From assembly GCA_002269645.1 (NCBI GenBank), contig NIVC01000996.1, forward strand, positions 323,758-387,757: 64,000 bases of DNA, read 5' to 3'. Below are positions 15,161 through 28,800 of this stretch, piece by piece. A program made the translations under genes and the position numbers. Position 1 is the stretch's first letter, and every line of letters starts with the position of its first letter. Source of the stretch: Macrostomum lignano. Taxonomy: Eukaryota. Below the pieces are notes generated by a model, which did not search any database, was not told the origin of the DNA, and saw only the letters and a program-made list of their open reading frames with translations.

Positions 15161-15814
15161 CATCAGGCAAATAAGGAATTAAGGAGATGAGGACCGGAGC
15201 AAAGTCCCCTTGCTGGTCAAGTGCATGCATATAATGTATCGTCTTTTTCACGACCAAGCTATTAAGAAATGTGAAATCCACTGATCATAATCAAAGGAAG
15301 TGCAATCAGCAGTCAAGGCTGAGACCGTCTTTTGTGCGCGAACAAAAAATCGGATTAATTAACCAGCCTTTGCTGCTGCTGCTACATGTATTTGAAAATT
15401 ATATAGGCCTTAGCTAAGACGCAGGCCTACTCAAGTACACTTCAATGGTTCATATTTTATTTTGGCTGCATGCACAACCTACTGTGGTCCTCACCGAATG
15501 AAAAAAAGGGAGAAGGCAGAAGGGAGAACTGCTATTCAGAAGCTGTCGTGGAAGTGCTGCAAAAAAAACAGTTTCTAACGCTGGGCGATGGCGCTGCAGA
15601 TGAATTCGATTTAGCCTTCTCTCCCAAACTCGAAAGCTCGAACTTCCCTCTGCCGTCGTTCCCTATTTATATTTTACTCTTTTTCTGGCCTGGATGTTTC
15701 ATGTTTAGTTTGACTACGGTTTTTCCTGGCTGTTTCGAGCATATTGTAGGAGTTACTGGTCGGTTATGACCAAGGTTGTTCAATCATATAATAGAGTTTT
15801 ATCTCGCTTAATGG

Positions 15815-17065
15815 GGTGTCAGATCACTCACTGGCGTGTCAGACAACTCACTGGGGTGTCAGATCACTCACTGGGGTGTCAGATCACTCACTGGGGTGTC
15901 AGATCACTCACTGGGGGTCAGATCACTCACTGGGGTGTCAGATCACTCACTGGGGTGTCAGATCACTCACTGGGGTGTCAGATCACTCACAAGAGTGTCA
16001 GATCACTCACTGGGGTGTTAGATCACTTACTGGGGTGTTAGATAACTCACTGAGGTGTTAGATCACTCACTGGGGTGTTAGATCACTCACTGAGGTGTCA
16101 GATCACTCACTGGGGTGTCAGATCACTCACTGGGGTGTTAGATCACTCACTGGGGTGTCAGATCACTCACTGGGGTGTTAGATAACTCACTGGGGTGTTA
16201 GATCACTCACTGGGGGTCAGATCACTCACTGGGGGTCAGATCACTCACTGGGGGTCAGATCACTCACTGGAGTGTCAGATCACTCACTGGGGTGTTAGAT
16301 AACTCACTGAGTTGTTAGATAACTCACTGGGGTGTTAGATCACTCACTGGGAGTGCTAGATCACTCACTGGGGTGTCAGATCACTCACTGGAGTGTCAGA
16401 TCACTCACTGGGGTGTTAGATCACTTACTGGGGTGTTAGATAACTCACTGAGGTGTTAGATAACTCACTAGAGTGTTAGATCACTCACTGAGGTGTTAGA
16501 TAACTCACTGGGGTGTTAGATCACTCACTGGGGGTCAGATCACTCACTGGGGGTCAGATCACTCACTGGGGGTCAGATCACTCACTGGGGTGTCAGATCA
16601 CTCACTGGGGTGTCAGATCACTCACTGGGGTGTTAGATTACTCACTAGAGTTTTATCTCGCTTACTTAGGTGTTAGATCAGTGATTGGGGTGTTAGATCA
16701 CTCACTGAGGTGTTAGATCACTCACTGGGGTGTCAGATCACTCACTGAGGGGTCAGATCACTCACTGAGGTGTCAGATCACTCACTGTGGTGTCAGATAA
16801 CTCACTGGGGGTGTTAGAACACTCACTGGGGTGTCAGATCACTCACTGGGGGTGTTAGAACACTCACTGGGGTGTCAGATCACTCACTGGGGTGTTAGAT
16901 CACTCACTGGGGGTGTTAGATCACTCACTGGGGTGTTAGATCACTCACTGAGGTGTTAGATAACTCACTAGGGTGTTAGATAAGTCACTGGGGTGTCAGA
17001 TCACTCACTGGGGTGTTAGATCACTCACTGGGGGTGTTAGATCACTCAATGAGGTGTTAGATCAC
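15815..17065. repeat. 20-bp minisatellite (GGGGTGTCAGATCACTCACT)
   Basis: Seen directly; about 60 units. Confidence 0.96.
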
Positions 17066-17230
17066 ATAGACAATAGGTGATAGATTAGAACACTAGTTGA
17101 AGTGCTAGAACACTTCACTAAGATGTTAGATCACGCAGTAGCATGCTAAAAAATTAAATTAAAGATGTAAACAGAAATGAATGTCCCGAAGCAGAAATCA
17201 AGCAGTTCACACAATCGACCCCACGCTCAC

Positions 17231-17556
17231 CTTGGCCTGCCAACCAGAGCATAGTACAGCTGCAGCCTCTCCAGGTAGTTCTTCAGCTCCTCCGGCGTCC
17301 TGAACTTGCTCGGATCCGGCGGGCCCATGCCGTCGGCGAAGCTCAGGTCCGCCGGCTCCGCGCCGCCGAAGCCGCCCGAGGCGAAGCCCGACAAGCCGTT
17401 GACGTCGTAGTCGCTCGCCAGGTCGGCGGCGTAGTCCAGCATCGCGGGCGAGGGCTCGCCGCCAACTGCGGCCGCGGCGGCTACGGTGACCGACGCGCTG
17501 ATTGTCGCCATGACAACCATAGCAATCAGAGTCGACCCGTGTTTAACGGAGAACAT
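17231..17556 (-). CDS. npf: Neuropeptide Y/F (NPF) precursor, main coding exon; terminal exon not located
   Basis: Hydrophobic signal peptide, then PPDPSKFRTPEELKNYLERLQLYYALVGRPR, with the NPY-family Tyr at -10 and -17 and the GRPR end. A phase-2 donor AG|GTGAGC (GT at 17230-17229) falls inside the last Arg codon, the conserved NPY/NPF intron position. Confidence 0.9.
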
Positions 17557-17667
17557 ATTGTCCGCTTCTTTATTCTCTTAATAGTTTATACAGACCAATT
17601 AAATTGACTCTGAGAGGCCCGTGTATCGATATTAAAAGAAGCAAAATGATTTTTGGGATTCGTCCGC

Positions 17668-17676
17668 TTTTATATA
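17668..17676 (-). promoter_or_regulatory. TATA box of the NPF gene
   Basis: TATATAAAA on the minus strand about 112 bp upstream of the ATG, preceded by a GC-rich stretch. Confidence 0.6.
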
Positions 17677-18119
17677 GGGGTTCGGGGGGGGGGTCGGCCC
17701 GGCTTTTGGGATGTCGCTAGTCCGCGTCCTCTCGACTCTTCCCTTCTCTCCAATTTTGGATCGTCAGCGTGTGGGATGCAGCGCTCAGACTTCCCCACCT
17801 CCGCGCCCCCCTCCTCACCTCTCCTTGGCCAGTGAGGATTCGAGGTACCGTCATTCTCTTGTTGGGATTTGGGAAAGAAACTATCGAGAACTGATACATT
17901 TTACGGTGGGAAAATGTGAAAATTTCTTGTAAACCTGTAAATGTGACATTCTTTCAGCGTGGCATGGATCAAGAGAGATTTGAAAAATTGGGTGAGATAA
18001 GGTGCCGCAGGATGAGATATGGGCTGTGAAAGGTCAGCTTTGTGAGAATAAGGTAAGAAAGGGTGATATTGAGGTGAGATTATAGTGCAGCTGGAGCAAG
18101 ATTAGGAGGAAGATTGGGG

Positions 18120-18720
18120 TGAGATGTGGCGAGATGGAATGAGACTGGGAGAGATGAGGTGAGACGAGATAGGGTGAGATGGGGTTAGATGAAATGAGAC
18201 AGGGTGAGATGAGGTGAGATGAAATGAGACAGGGTGAGATGAGGTGAGATGAGATAGGGTGAGATGGGGTTAGATAGGAGACTGGGTAAAATGAGGTGAG
18301 ATAAAATGAGACTGGGAGAGATGAGGTGAGACGAGATAGGGTGAGATGGGGTTAGATGAAATGAGACAGGGTGAGATGAGGTGAGATGAAATGAGGCAGG
18401 GAGAGATGAGGTGAGATGAGATAGGGTGAGATGGGGTTAGATAGGAGACTGGGTAAAATGAGGTGAGATGAAATGAGACTGGGAGAGATGAGGTGAGATG
18501 AGATAGGGTGAGATGGGGTTAGATAGGAGACTGGGTAAAATGAGGTGAGATGAAATGAGACTGGGAGAGATGAGGTGAGATGAGATAGGGTGAGATGGGG
18601 TTAGATAGGAGACAGGGTAAAATGAGGTGAGATGAAATGAGACAGGGTAAGATGAGGTGAGATGAGATAGGGTGAGATGGGGTTAGATGAAATGAGACAG
18701 GATGAGCTGAGGTGAGATTG
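18120..18720. repeat. GAGAT/GAGGT-based compound minisatellite
   Basis: Seen directly; pentamer-derived, with ~60-bp higher-order units. Confidence 0.9.
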
Positions 18721-19479
18721 CACGCAATAACGAGCTGAGCTGTTATGAAGTGGACTGAGACTGCAGGTTGAGGGGAACAAGCAAGAGCTGTATTGGCCGG
18801 ATGGGAAAGCAGAAGTGAAACGGGACGACCTGAGGATGACACGGCAGCAATATGGCAGTAAAATGTAGGCTATGAGATATTCGCAGCAGCTCTGGGGCAC
18901 GCTGTCTTTCCTCATGCAAGCGGAAACAAAACGACAGATTTAATCAACTAATGAGCTGCCGAAACAGCCACAATGCATTGGAGATGAGATTGCAGTTTGT
19001 GTGCCTGCAAAAAAGGATCAATTTTATAACTTTTTTATCTCAGGCCGTGCGCATTTTTAGCAGATTTAAAAAAATAGTTCTAATTAAGAGGTAAACAAAT
19101 AAACCGAAAGCTGACACATTTTATTTTTTTAGCGTCTGACTATAACAAATGGCCTGTTTCCAATCCAGATCTGTAGGTTCTAGATGGCCATGGACAAGCA
19201 ATAACCCAGCCATATAAGGATATTGTGTGTGTGGGGTGAGCAGACGATATTATAAGACACAGGAAGTGGGGCAGTGAAGATTCGCATATTTTGCAGGATG
19301 AAAACAGGATGCCCAACAGCTGTGGTTCAACACTCGCCCACAGTGACTGACGGGCGCGAATAAATTTCCAGAATAATTACGAGTATTCATCTTCTCGGTC
19401 ACCTGGCCGACTCACGCGGGAGATTTACTGAATTCATTCACTTGGGCTTGTGAAATTTTATGCTGCGTGAATCAATCAG

Positions 19480-19727
19480 CTGGTTGTCAGTCAATCAATC
19501 AAATAATCAACTAGTAATCAGTCAATCAATCAATCAATCAGCTGGTAGTCAGTCAATCAATCAATCAATCAACTGGAAGTCAGTCAATCAATCAATCAAT
19601 CAATCAACTGGTAGTCAGTCAATCAATCAATCAATCAGCTGGTAGTCAGTCAATCAATCAATCAATCAGCTGGTAGTCAGTTAATCAATCAATCAATCAA
19701 TCAATCAATCAGCTGGTAGTCAGTCAG

Positions 19728-19759
<32 letters not shown>

Positions 19760-20274
19760 CTAGTAATCAGTCAATCAATCAATCAATCAATCAACTGGTA
19801 GTCAGTCAATCAATCAGCTGGTAGTCAGTCAATCAATCAATCAATCAATCAAATAATCAACTAGTAATCAGTCAATCAATCAATCAATCAATCAACTAGT
19901 AATCAGTCAATCAATCAATCAATCAATTAACAGGTAGTCAGTCAATCAATCAATCAATCAATCAGCTGGTAGTCAGTCAATCAATCAATCAATCAATCAA
20001 ATAATCAACTAGTAATCAGTCAATCAATCAATCAATCAATCAACTGGTAGTCAGTCAATCAATCAATCAATCAATCAATCAACTGTCCAATCAGTCAACC
20101 AACCAACCAACCAATCAATCAATCAATCAATCAACCAATCAATCAGTCAAACAATCAATCTGTCAAACAATCAATCAGTCAAACAATCAATCAGTCAGTC
20201 GATTAGTCAATCAGTCAATCAATCAATCAAAAAATCTGTCAGTCAATCACTGAATCAATCAATCAATAAAACAG

Positions 20275-20305
<31 letters not shown>

Positions 20306-20525
20306 GTCAATCAATCAGTCAATCAATCAACCAATCCATCAGTCAATCAATAAATCAATCAGTCAATCAATCAATCAATCCATCAGTCAATCAATAAATC
20401 AGTCAATCAATCAATCAATAAAACAGTCAAGCAATCAATCAATCAATTCATCAGTCAATCAATCAATCAATCACTCAATCACTCAATCAGTCAATCAATC
20501 AGTCAATTGATCATGGATCAATCAG
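19480..20525. repeat. (ATCA)n compound microsatellite punctuated by CTGGTAGTCAG / CTAGTAATCAG
   Basis: Seen directly. Confidence 0.95.
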
Positions 20526-21214
20526 TTCAAAATATTCGTGTAAGTGGGCGCTATCTAAATTTTAGATTTTAGCAAATTAGAGAAAAATCAATTCGTGAAA
20601 TTTACTCGCTAAAATGTTTCCCTACAAGAAGTCCCAGTTGGGTTAGTGTCAACTTTTAATTAAACACCTATACATTTATTACATCATTAAATCATCTTCG
20701 AACTAAGAATTATTACCCTCACAAGCAAGCACAGGCAATCTAGTTGAAAGCCAGCAGTGTTTTCTAGCGGAGCTGCACGAGAGCGAGGTCAATCAAGGTC
20801 AAGGTCGAGCGTGGGCGTCAACAGCTGCCCATCATTATTTTTATTATCGGCCCTACTCAGTCAGAGATGAATTATTATTCCCGAGCTCTGTTTCTTTCTA
20901 TAAATAAACTTTCTATTTGTGGCATTTCAATTGAAATTTGATCCGCCACGTCAGGCGACATCTGGAAACTAGAAAACCGCATCAACTATAAGTAAATTTT
21001 GAAATTCCTGCTGCAAGCTCGCTTCAAATTAACCTCGGTCAATGAAATTCGAGTTCAATAGATTCACTTAGTTATGCCAGCAATAAGACATGCGGCGCGA
21101 GTCATTGTTAAGCAGATTTTTTATATTTAAGACAGTCAGAAGACGCTACGACAGACACTAATATATCTAGGCTGTAAGACAGAGAAACAGCGAGGCAGAT
21201 ACTAGGAAAGATAG

Positions 21215-21296
21215 TAAGACAGACAGACAGACAGATAAACAGACAGACAAACAACCAGACAGAAAGACAGACAGACAGACAGACAGACAGACAGGC

Positions 21297-21329
<33 letters not shown>

Positions 21330-21330
21330 C

Positions 21331-21369
<39 letters not shown>

Positions 21370-21438
21370 GGCAGACAGACAGACAGACAGACAGATGGAC
21401 AGACAGACAGATAGACAGACAGACACACAGACAGATAA

Positions 21439-21469
<31 letters not shown>

Positions 21470-21560
21470 GGCAGACAGACAGATAAACAGATAAACAGAC
21501 AGACAGACAGGCAGACAGACAGACAGGCAGACAGACAGACAAACAGACAGGCAGACAGAA
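21215..21560. repeat. (GACA)n microsatellite
   Basis: Seen directly. Confidence 0.95.
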
Positions 21561-22299
21561 CACTGAGACAAAGACAGAAGCTACTCAAGACAGCCAGCAT
21601 CAAAAGCCGCAGCAGAAGACAAGAAGCGAGATGAAACCGGTCATAAGGATAAAAAACTGCAAGTTCTGAGCACTAAAACCGGCCTCCTCCATTTCATTAA
21701 CCGCGCCTTTCAGTTTTCAATTATAAACGAACGCCTTTTCCACACGCACGGCAGGGTGCGTGAGCGGCATAATGGAGACAGCGAAGCCCAGGAACAAAAA
21801 GCGACTGACTGTGGAGCAATTAAAAGCACCACGCTGCAGCTTGATGCCGGCATTGAAAAGAGGACTACTTATTCAATATCAGTCAATCAACCTGTCTAGC
21901 TACCTATCACGCTCCACTACGAGATTCTGAGCTACGCGAACAAACGATTGAATGGCCGCTTTTGTCGCGAAGCTGAGCTGCAATTTATTTTGCAATAGCA
22001 AGGTAGAGTAAGTGGCATCAAGGTCTTCAAGGGGCTCGGATGGTGCAGACTACTAACTGTTCATCGTTCTGTTTTACTGTCTCGTCAATACCATTAAAAA
22101 TTCTCGATCAAACGCCCACACACTCGGATCCGTATGAACAGTAAAAAAGTATAAATCATAGCGAATTAGACTCGCAATATGAGACAATACACGAGGTACG
22201 AGCTGAGATTAAAAAACACGGTTTTACCATCAGTAAGAAAAACAAAAGCATGTCAAAACAGCAAGAGATAAGTGTCCAACAACTTCAAGACAATTGCGC

Positions 22300-22840
22300 T
22301 AAACCTAAAGACAACGGCGCCACAAACTGGATTCGATAATGGCGCTACAACATTAGGACAATGGCGCCACAACCTCAAGAGTTAATAATGGCGCCACAAC
22401 GTCAAGACGACGGCGCTACATTAGGACAATGGCGCCACAACCTCAAGAGTTGATAATGGCGCCACAACCTCAAGAGTTGATAATGGCGCCACAACCTCAA
22501 GAGTTGATAATGGCGCCACAACCTCAAGAGTTGATAATGGCGCCACAACCTCAAGAGTTGATAATGGCGCCACAACCTCAAGAGTTGATAATGGCGCCAC
22601 AACCTCAAGAGTTGATAATGGCGCCACAACCTCAAGAGTTGATAATGGCGCCACAACCTCAAGAGTTGATAATGGCGCCACAACCTCAAGAGTTGATAAT
22701 GGCGCCACAACGTCAAGACGACGGCGCTACAACCTCTGGCAATGGCGCCACAACCTCAGATAATGGCGCCACAACGTCAAGACAATAGCGCCACAACCCC
22801 AAGAGTTAAAAATGGCGCCACAAGCCAAATTGTCAGTAAT
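22300..22840. repeat. 27-bp minisatellite (ATAATGGCGCCACAACCTCAAGAGTTG)
   Basis: About 10 perfect central units with degenerate flanking units. Confidence 0.95.
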
Positions 22841-24899
22841 AGCGCCAATCTCAAGAGTCAACCATGGGCCCATAGAGCCGAAATCCCCTTTTTAGAGCAT
22901 CAATAAACTCTCAAGGAAAAACACCTTAACTAACAGGTAGGTCCGATATAAAATATACAAACCGACGCACAATTCATCAGTCAATCGTCGGTCAAAACAT
23001 ACTGTATTCCATGTCCTGGCATAAATTTATTTAAAAAAAAAATTATAAATATTTCCCTGTGCGTTCGAAGCGAATTACTAATTATTAGTAAATTTTCGAA
23101 GTAGTTAGTAAAGTAATAGAAAAAAATAATTACTGTAAGTTGTTCATATAGGACAAGATATACAGGTGAGGACATTTATTAATAGGGAACATGAAGAAGA
23201 CATGCTGGTTGTTAATTGTAATTAATTCGCCAAAGGAATAAAAGACACACGGGGGTGTAATAAAACAAAATATTACACAACACAGCAATAGGAGTATATA
23301 TAGATATGATGTCTATTCACGTGCAAATGAAACAAATAAGAAAATAAGACACCAAAAGACCGTAAAAACTAATGAATAATACCAATAACCACAAATATGC
23401 AGCAAGACCCGTGATTGTTAATTAAAAGCATGCCAGGGTCGGGATAATTAAACACAGAAATTTATCTGATTTATTAACTTATTTACTCAACATATCGGCA
23501 AACTTTATACATCTTCTCATTAATTAATAAACTTCTACAGACACAAATGGCTTACGTCTAAAGTTTTAATCTCAACTTTATTAATTCAAAATCGATACGA
23601 TTCGCATTTTTATACATACAGAGCCTGACTTTGTATTTAAATTTAGTTTACATTTTTTCTATCTAACAAAAGATACAAAAAACGCCATTTCTTCTACTCA
23701 TGGTAAGTGAGAAAACAAGGCTTAACAATATTTTTCTATTTTTTAATACGATGCGCAGTCAAACGAAAACTCAGGACTTGTTTAAAAATTCAGATTTCTT
23801 GTTTATATTTTTTGTATAAAATTTTGATCAACTGCACACACGACAACAGGGCTCATTAGCGAAAACATCAAATAAAAAGCAAGATAGATACGGGAAAAGA
23901 ACCATTTAGCTCTACGGTTGAAACGCAACTATTTATGTAACTTTTAATGAAGCAGTGAGAAAAACCATTATTAAAAATGAAAAAAACCTATTTCGCTGCA
24001 ATAAGATTTTATTTAAGCATCACGTTGTCGATATAATAACTAAAAACAAAATTAAAGAAGCGGCATCGGAAGCCAGAGTAGAAGGGGGAAAGCAATTACA
24101 GCTGCATGAAAATATGGCAGTGCGTCTCTCTGGTTGCAGCAGGAAACGCGAGCATTTCTCTCTCTCTTTTAAATGAATATCGTAATAATTAGTAGCGAAA
24201 AACTTTCATTTCGATACATATCGGCTGAAATGTATTAATTCTCAAAATGTCACTTAATTTATTTTTCGATACATATCGGTTAAAAATATATTAATAATAC
24301 AAAACGTCAGGTAATTTATTCTCGACACACATCGTAAACTTTCTAAATTAAATTTTATCAAAAACTTAACCTCTATAATTGGACAAACAAACAAAATGGA
24401 AAATATAATAAAACAAGCACGTGAAACTGCAAAATAATTTATCTAAAAGGTACCAGACAGAAAACACAAATTGACAATCACAAGTAGTAAGGTACGCATA
24501 TGTTAACTAAATCACGACACAAATGAAAGAAAAGCAGTTTTGTATTTATACATAGGCAAGTAATCGTCGAATTTCTATACTAGTACTAGTAAACAAACAC
24601 ATAATGCGTTAATGCGTATAAAAATCCACAATAAATCGAGTTGCTATTAATATCAATCAATTCAATACCCATCTGTAGTGTTGGAAAATCAGCAGAGATA
24701 CTGTTTAATATGCCACATACATGTACAAAATTCACATGACAAACGCATTGTTTTGTAGAGTAGCTTCATAGCTTCAAAAAAAGTAGTCATTTTTTTTGCT
24801 TCTTGAGATCAGTTTGAGGGACGAAAATATTCATCAATAAAGCTCTTTTCACCAATGTGCCATGTTTGATTAGGGATAGAAGCTTTCAACTGTTTACCT

Positions 24900-24935
24900 T
24901 GTCTGTGTCCTGCTCGTCTGTCTATCCGCCTGTCG

Positions 24936-24983
<48 letters not shown>

Positions 24984-24995
24984 GTCTGGCTATCC

Positions 24996-25032
<37 letters not shown>

Positions 25033-25096
25033 CCTGTCTATCTGTCTGTCGGTCTATCCTTCTGTCTGTCTGTTTGTCTGTCTGTCTGGCTATCCA

Positions 25097-25131
<35 letters not shown>

Positions 25132-25198
25132 ATCTGCCTGTCTGTCTGTCTGTCTGTCGGTCTATCCGTCTGTCTGTCTGTTTGTTTGTCTGTTTGTA

Positions 25199-25259
<61 letters not shown>

Positions 25260-25271
25260 GTCTGGCTATCC

Positions 25272-25304
<33 letters not shown>

Positions 25305-25384
25305 CCTGTCTATCTGTCTGTCGGTCTATCCGTCTGTCTGTCTGTTTGTTTGTCTGTTTGTATGTCTGTCTGTCTGGCTATCCT

Positions 25385-25415
<31 letters not shown>

Positions 25416-25615
25416 ATCTGCCTGTCTGTCTGTCTGTCTGTCGGTCTATCCGTCTGTCTGTCTGTTTGTTTGTCTGTCTGTTTATCTGTCTGTCTTTCTG
25501 TCAATCTGTCTGTCTATCTGTCTGTCTGTCTGTTTGTTTGTCTGTTTGTTTGTCTGTCTGTTTGTCTGTCTTTCTGTCAATCTGTCAGCCTGTCTGTGTG
25601 CCTGCCTGTTTCTCC
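24900..25615. repeat. (TGTC)n microsatellite
   Basis: Seen directly. Confidence 0.95.
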
Positions 25616-25817
25616 GTATGAATCCAGTGCAACAAACGAAAAGGCTTCTTAGCGCAAAGGTCACCAGCAAGCAAACTACAACAGTCAGTAAGCTATCTAA
25701 ACGTATAAAAATTTTTAAGTTAAAACAACCGCACAATAAAAGCTCTAATCCCATAGCCTATGATGTCTATACTGTGGCATTATAACCTAATAAATACCCG
25801 ATTTCTAGCATACAGCA

Positions 25818-28800
25818 TCACACGGAGTCAGCAGCCTGATGACCGCCCTCTCCTGAAGCAGCCTCCGCCGCGTCCCCGCCGCCGCCGCCTTTCACGGCGC
25901 AACAATTCGGCCTAGCAGCGCATTTATTGTTGCCGCAGTTGATAAAACAGCCGGGGTTGTTGGCAAATCTGCCGCTGGTGTGGTTGCCACCCAAACGGGG
26001 AGTTGTGTGCTGGAGTGGTGCGACACAATATAAATTAAACTATTGATTTTTGCAGGTTAAAAAGCATTTTTAAAATGTCGACTTGCCTCGTTGAACTCAG
26101 GCTGAATAGTGGTGCAGTGAATGTCGAAAGTGTGAAATATGTGCTTGGCAGCTCGGGACACGCTGATGTATTCGGCTGGAAATTAAATGTGCATTAATAA
26201 AATGCAAATATTGCAGAATTCAAGCTGTGGCGAAACTAAACCACTGTGTAGTACTTCTCACACTCTGTCGTACTCTTAATGCTCTCTAGTCTCACCTGTC
26301 ACCTTGCCCCTATCTACGTCTCCTCCCAGTCTCCCTCTCTCCCTCCTTTCCAGTCTCCCTCTCTCCCTCCCTCAGAGTCTCCCTCTCTCCCTCCATTCCA
26401 GTCCCCCTCTCTCCCTCCATTCCAGTCCCCCTCTCTCCCTCCATTCCAGTCTCCCTCCCTCCCTCTCTCCCTCCCTCCCAGTCTCTCCCTCCATCACAGT
26501 CCCCCTCTCTTCCAGTCTTCCTCTCTCCCACCCTCCCAGTCTCCCTCCCTCCCTCCCAGTCTCCCTCTCTCCCTCCTTCCCAGTCTCCCTCCCTCCCAGT
26601 CTCCCTCTCTCCGTCTCTTCCAGTCTCCCTCTCTCCCTTCCTCACAGTCTTCCTCTCTCCGTCTCTTCCAGTCTCCCTCTCTCCCTTCCTCACAGTCTTC
26701 CTCTCTCCGTCTCTTCCAGTCTCCCTCTCTCCCTTCCTCACAGTCTTCCTCTCTCCGTCTCTTCCAGTCTCCCTCTCTCCCTTCCTCACAGTCTTCCTCT
26801 CTCCCTCCATTCCAGTCTCCCTCTCCTTCCCAGTCTCCCTCTCCCCTCTCCCTCCTAGTCTCCCTCTCTCCCTCCCAGTCTCTCTTTCTCCCTTCCAGTC
26901 TCCCTCTCCCTTTCTTAGCTACTCACGCAGATCCCGACAGCGGATGTGCACGGTGCCGATATAGCAATCTGACTGCAGCTGCCACACGTGCAAATCGTGC
27001 ACTTGTAGGATGCCATCGAGCTACAAATTTTGAGTAGAAAAAAACTATAATTGCTACTTACAGTACAATAGAAAATCTGCTATTGCAAATCAAAATGACA
27101 AACATTTTCCAATCTCTTCTGCAAATCGTCGAGTTTGATCTCTTTAGGCACCGTCTGCATCAGAATGTTGAGCGCTTTTAGAACTGAAATTTATTTAGAG
27201 AGCAAAGATTAGGTTGTTTATTGATTGATTTGACTATAGCATTTATCAGTCTTACCATCTACCTGTCAGTCTCACCATCTACCTGTCAGTCTCATCATCT
27301 ACCTGTCAGTCTCACCATCTACCTGTCAGTCTCACCATCTAACCTGTCAGTCTCACCGACTAACCTGTCAGTCTCACCATCTACATGTCAGTCTCACCAT
27401 CTACCTGTCAGTCTCACCATCTACCTGTCAGTCTCATCATCTACCTGTCAGTCTCACCATCTACCTGTCAGTCTCACCATCTAACCTGTCAGTCTCACCG
27501 ACTAACCTGTCAGTCTCACCATCTACATGTCAGTCTCACCATCTACCTTTCAGTCTCACCATCTACCTGTCAGTCTCACCATCTACCTGTCAGTCTCACC
27601 ATCTACCTATCAGTCTCACCGACTAACCTGTCAGTCTCACCATCTACATGTCAGTCTCACCATCTACCTTTCAGTCTCACCATCTACCTGTCAGTCTCAC
27701 CATCTACCTTTCAGTCTCACCATCTACCTGTCAGTCTCACCATCTACCTGTCGGTCTCACCATCTAACCTGTCGGTCTCACCATCTACCTGTCGTTCTCA
27801 CCATCTAACCTGTCGGTCTCACTATCAACCTGTCAATCTGACAAGCCATCAGCCAATCTGACAAGCCATTAGTCAATCTGACAAGCCATCAGTCAATCTG
27901 ACAAGCCATCAGTCAATCTGACAACCCACTTGCCAAGTTGAAAACCCATTTGCCAATCTGACAAGCCATCAGCCAATCTGACAAGCCATCAGTCAATCTG
28001 ACAAGCCATCAGCCAATCTGACAAGCCATCAGCCAATCTGACAAGCCATCAGTCAATCTGACAAGCCATCAGTCAATCTGACAACCCACTTGCCAAGTTG
28101 AAAACCCATTTGCCAATCTGACAAGCCATCAGCCAATCTGACAAGCCATCAGCCAATCTGACAAGCCATCAGTCAATCTGACAACCCACTTGCCAAGTTG
28201 AAAACCCATTTGCCAATCTGACAAGCTATCAGCCAATCTGACAAGCCATCAGTCAATCTGACAAGCCATCAGTCAATCTGACAAGCCATCAGTCAATCTG
28301 ACAAGCCATCAGCCAATCTGACAAGCCATCAGCCAATCTGACAAGCCATTAGCCAATCTGACAAGCCATCAGTCAATCTGACAAGCCATCAGCCAATCTG
28401 ACAAGCCATCAGTCAATCTGACAAGCCATCAGTCAATCTGACAACCCACTTGCCAAGTTGAAAACCCATTTGCCAATCTGACAAGCCATCAGCCAATCTG
28501 ACAAGCCATCAGTCAATCTGACAACCCACTTGCCAAGTTGAAAACCCATTTGCCAATCTGACAAGCCATCAGCCAATCTGACAAGCCATCAGTCAATCTG
28601 ACAAGCCATCAGTCAATCTGACAACCCATCAGTCATTAAGACTACAGTCTTAAAACAACAACAGTTGAAAAAGCAATAGAAATCCATCAAACCGAAAACC
28701 TACACAATGGTATAGTAGAGAACAACATAATGGCGACAAGCAGCAAACTAAGACTCGGATCGATATAAGTCTGCCAACGCCGGCCCGGCTCCTCAATTAA

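Noticed and set aside
15490-15530. Polypyrimidine tract followed by ATTCGGT on the minus strand as the NPF last exon
   Set aside because: There is no AG acceptor before TTC GGT and no K/R after Gly, so it does not give F-G-K/R.
19480-20100. Repeat-spacer appearance (CTGGTAGTCAG separated by variable tracts), and other arrays, as CRISPR-like
   Set aside because: The spacers are just (ATCA)n of variable length with no unique spacers. The context is eukaryotic and there are no cas genes.
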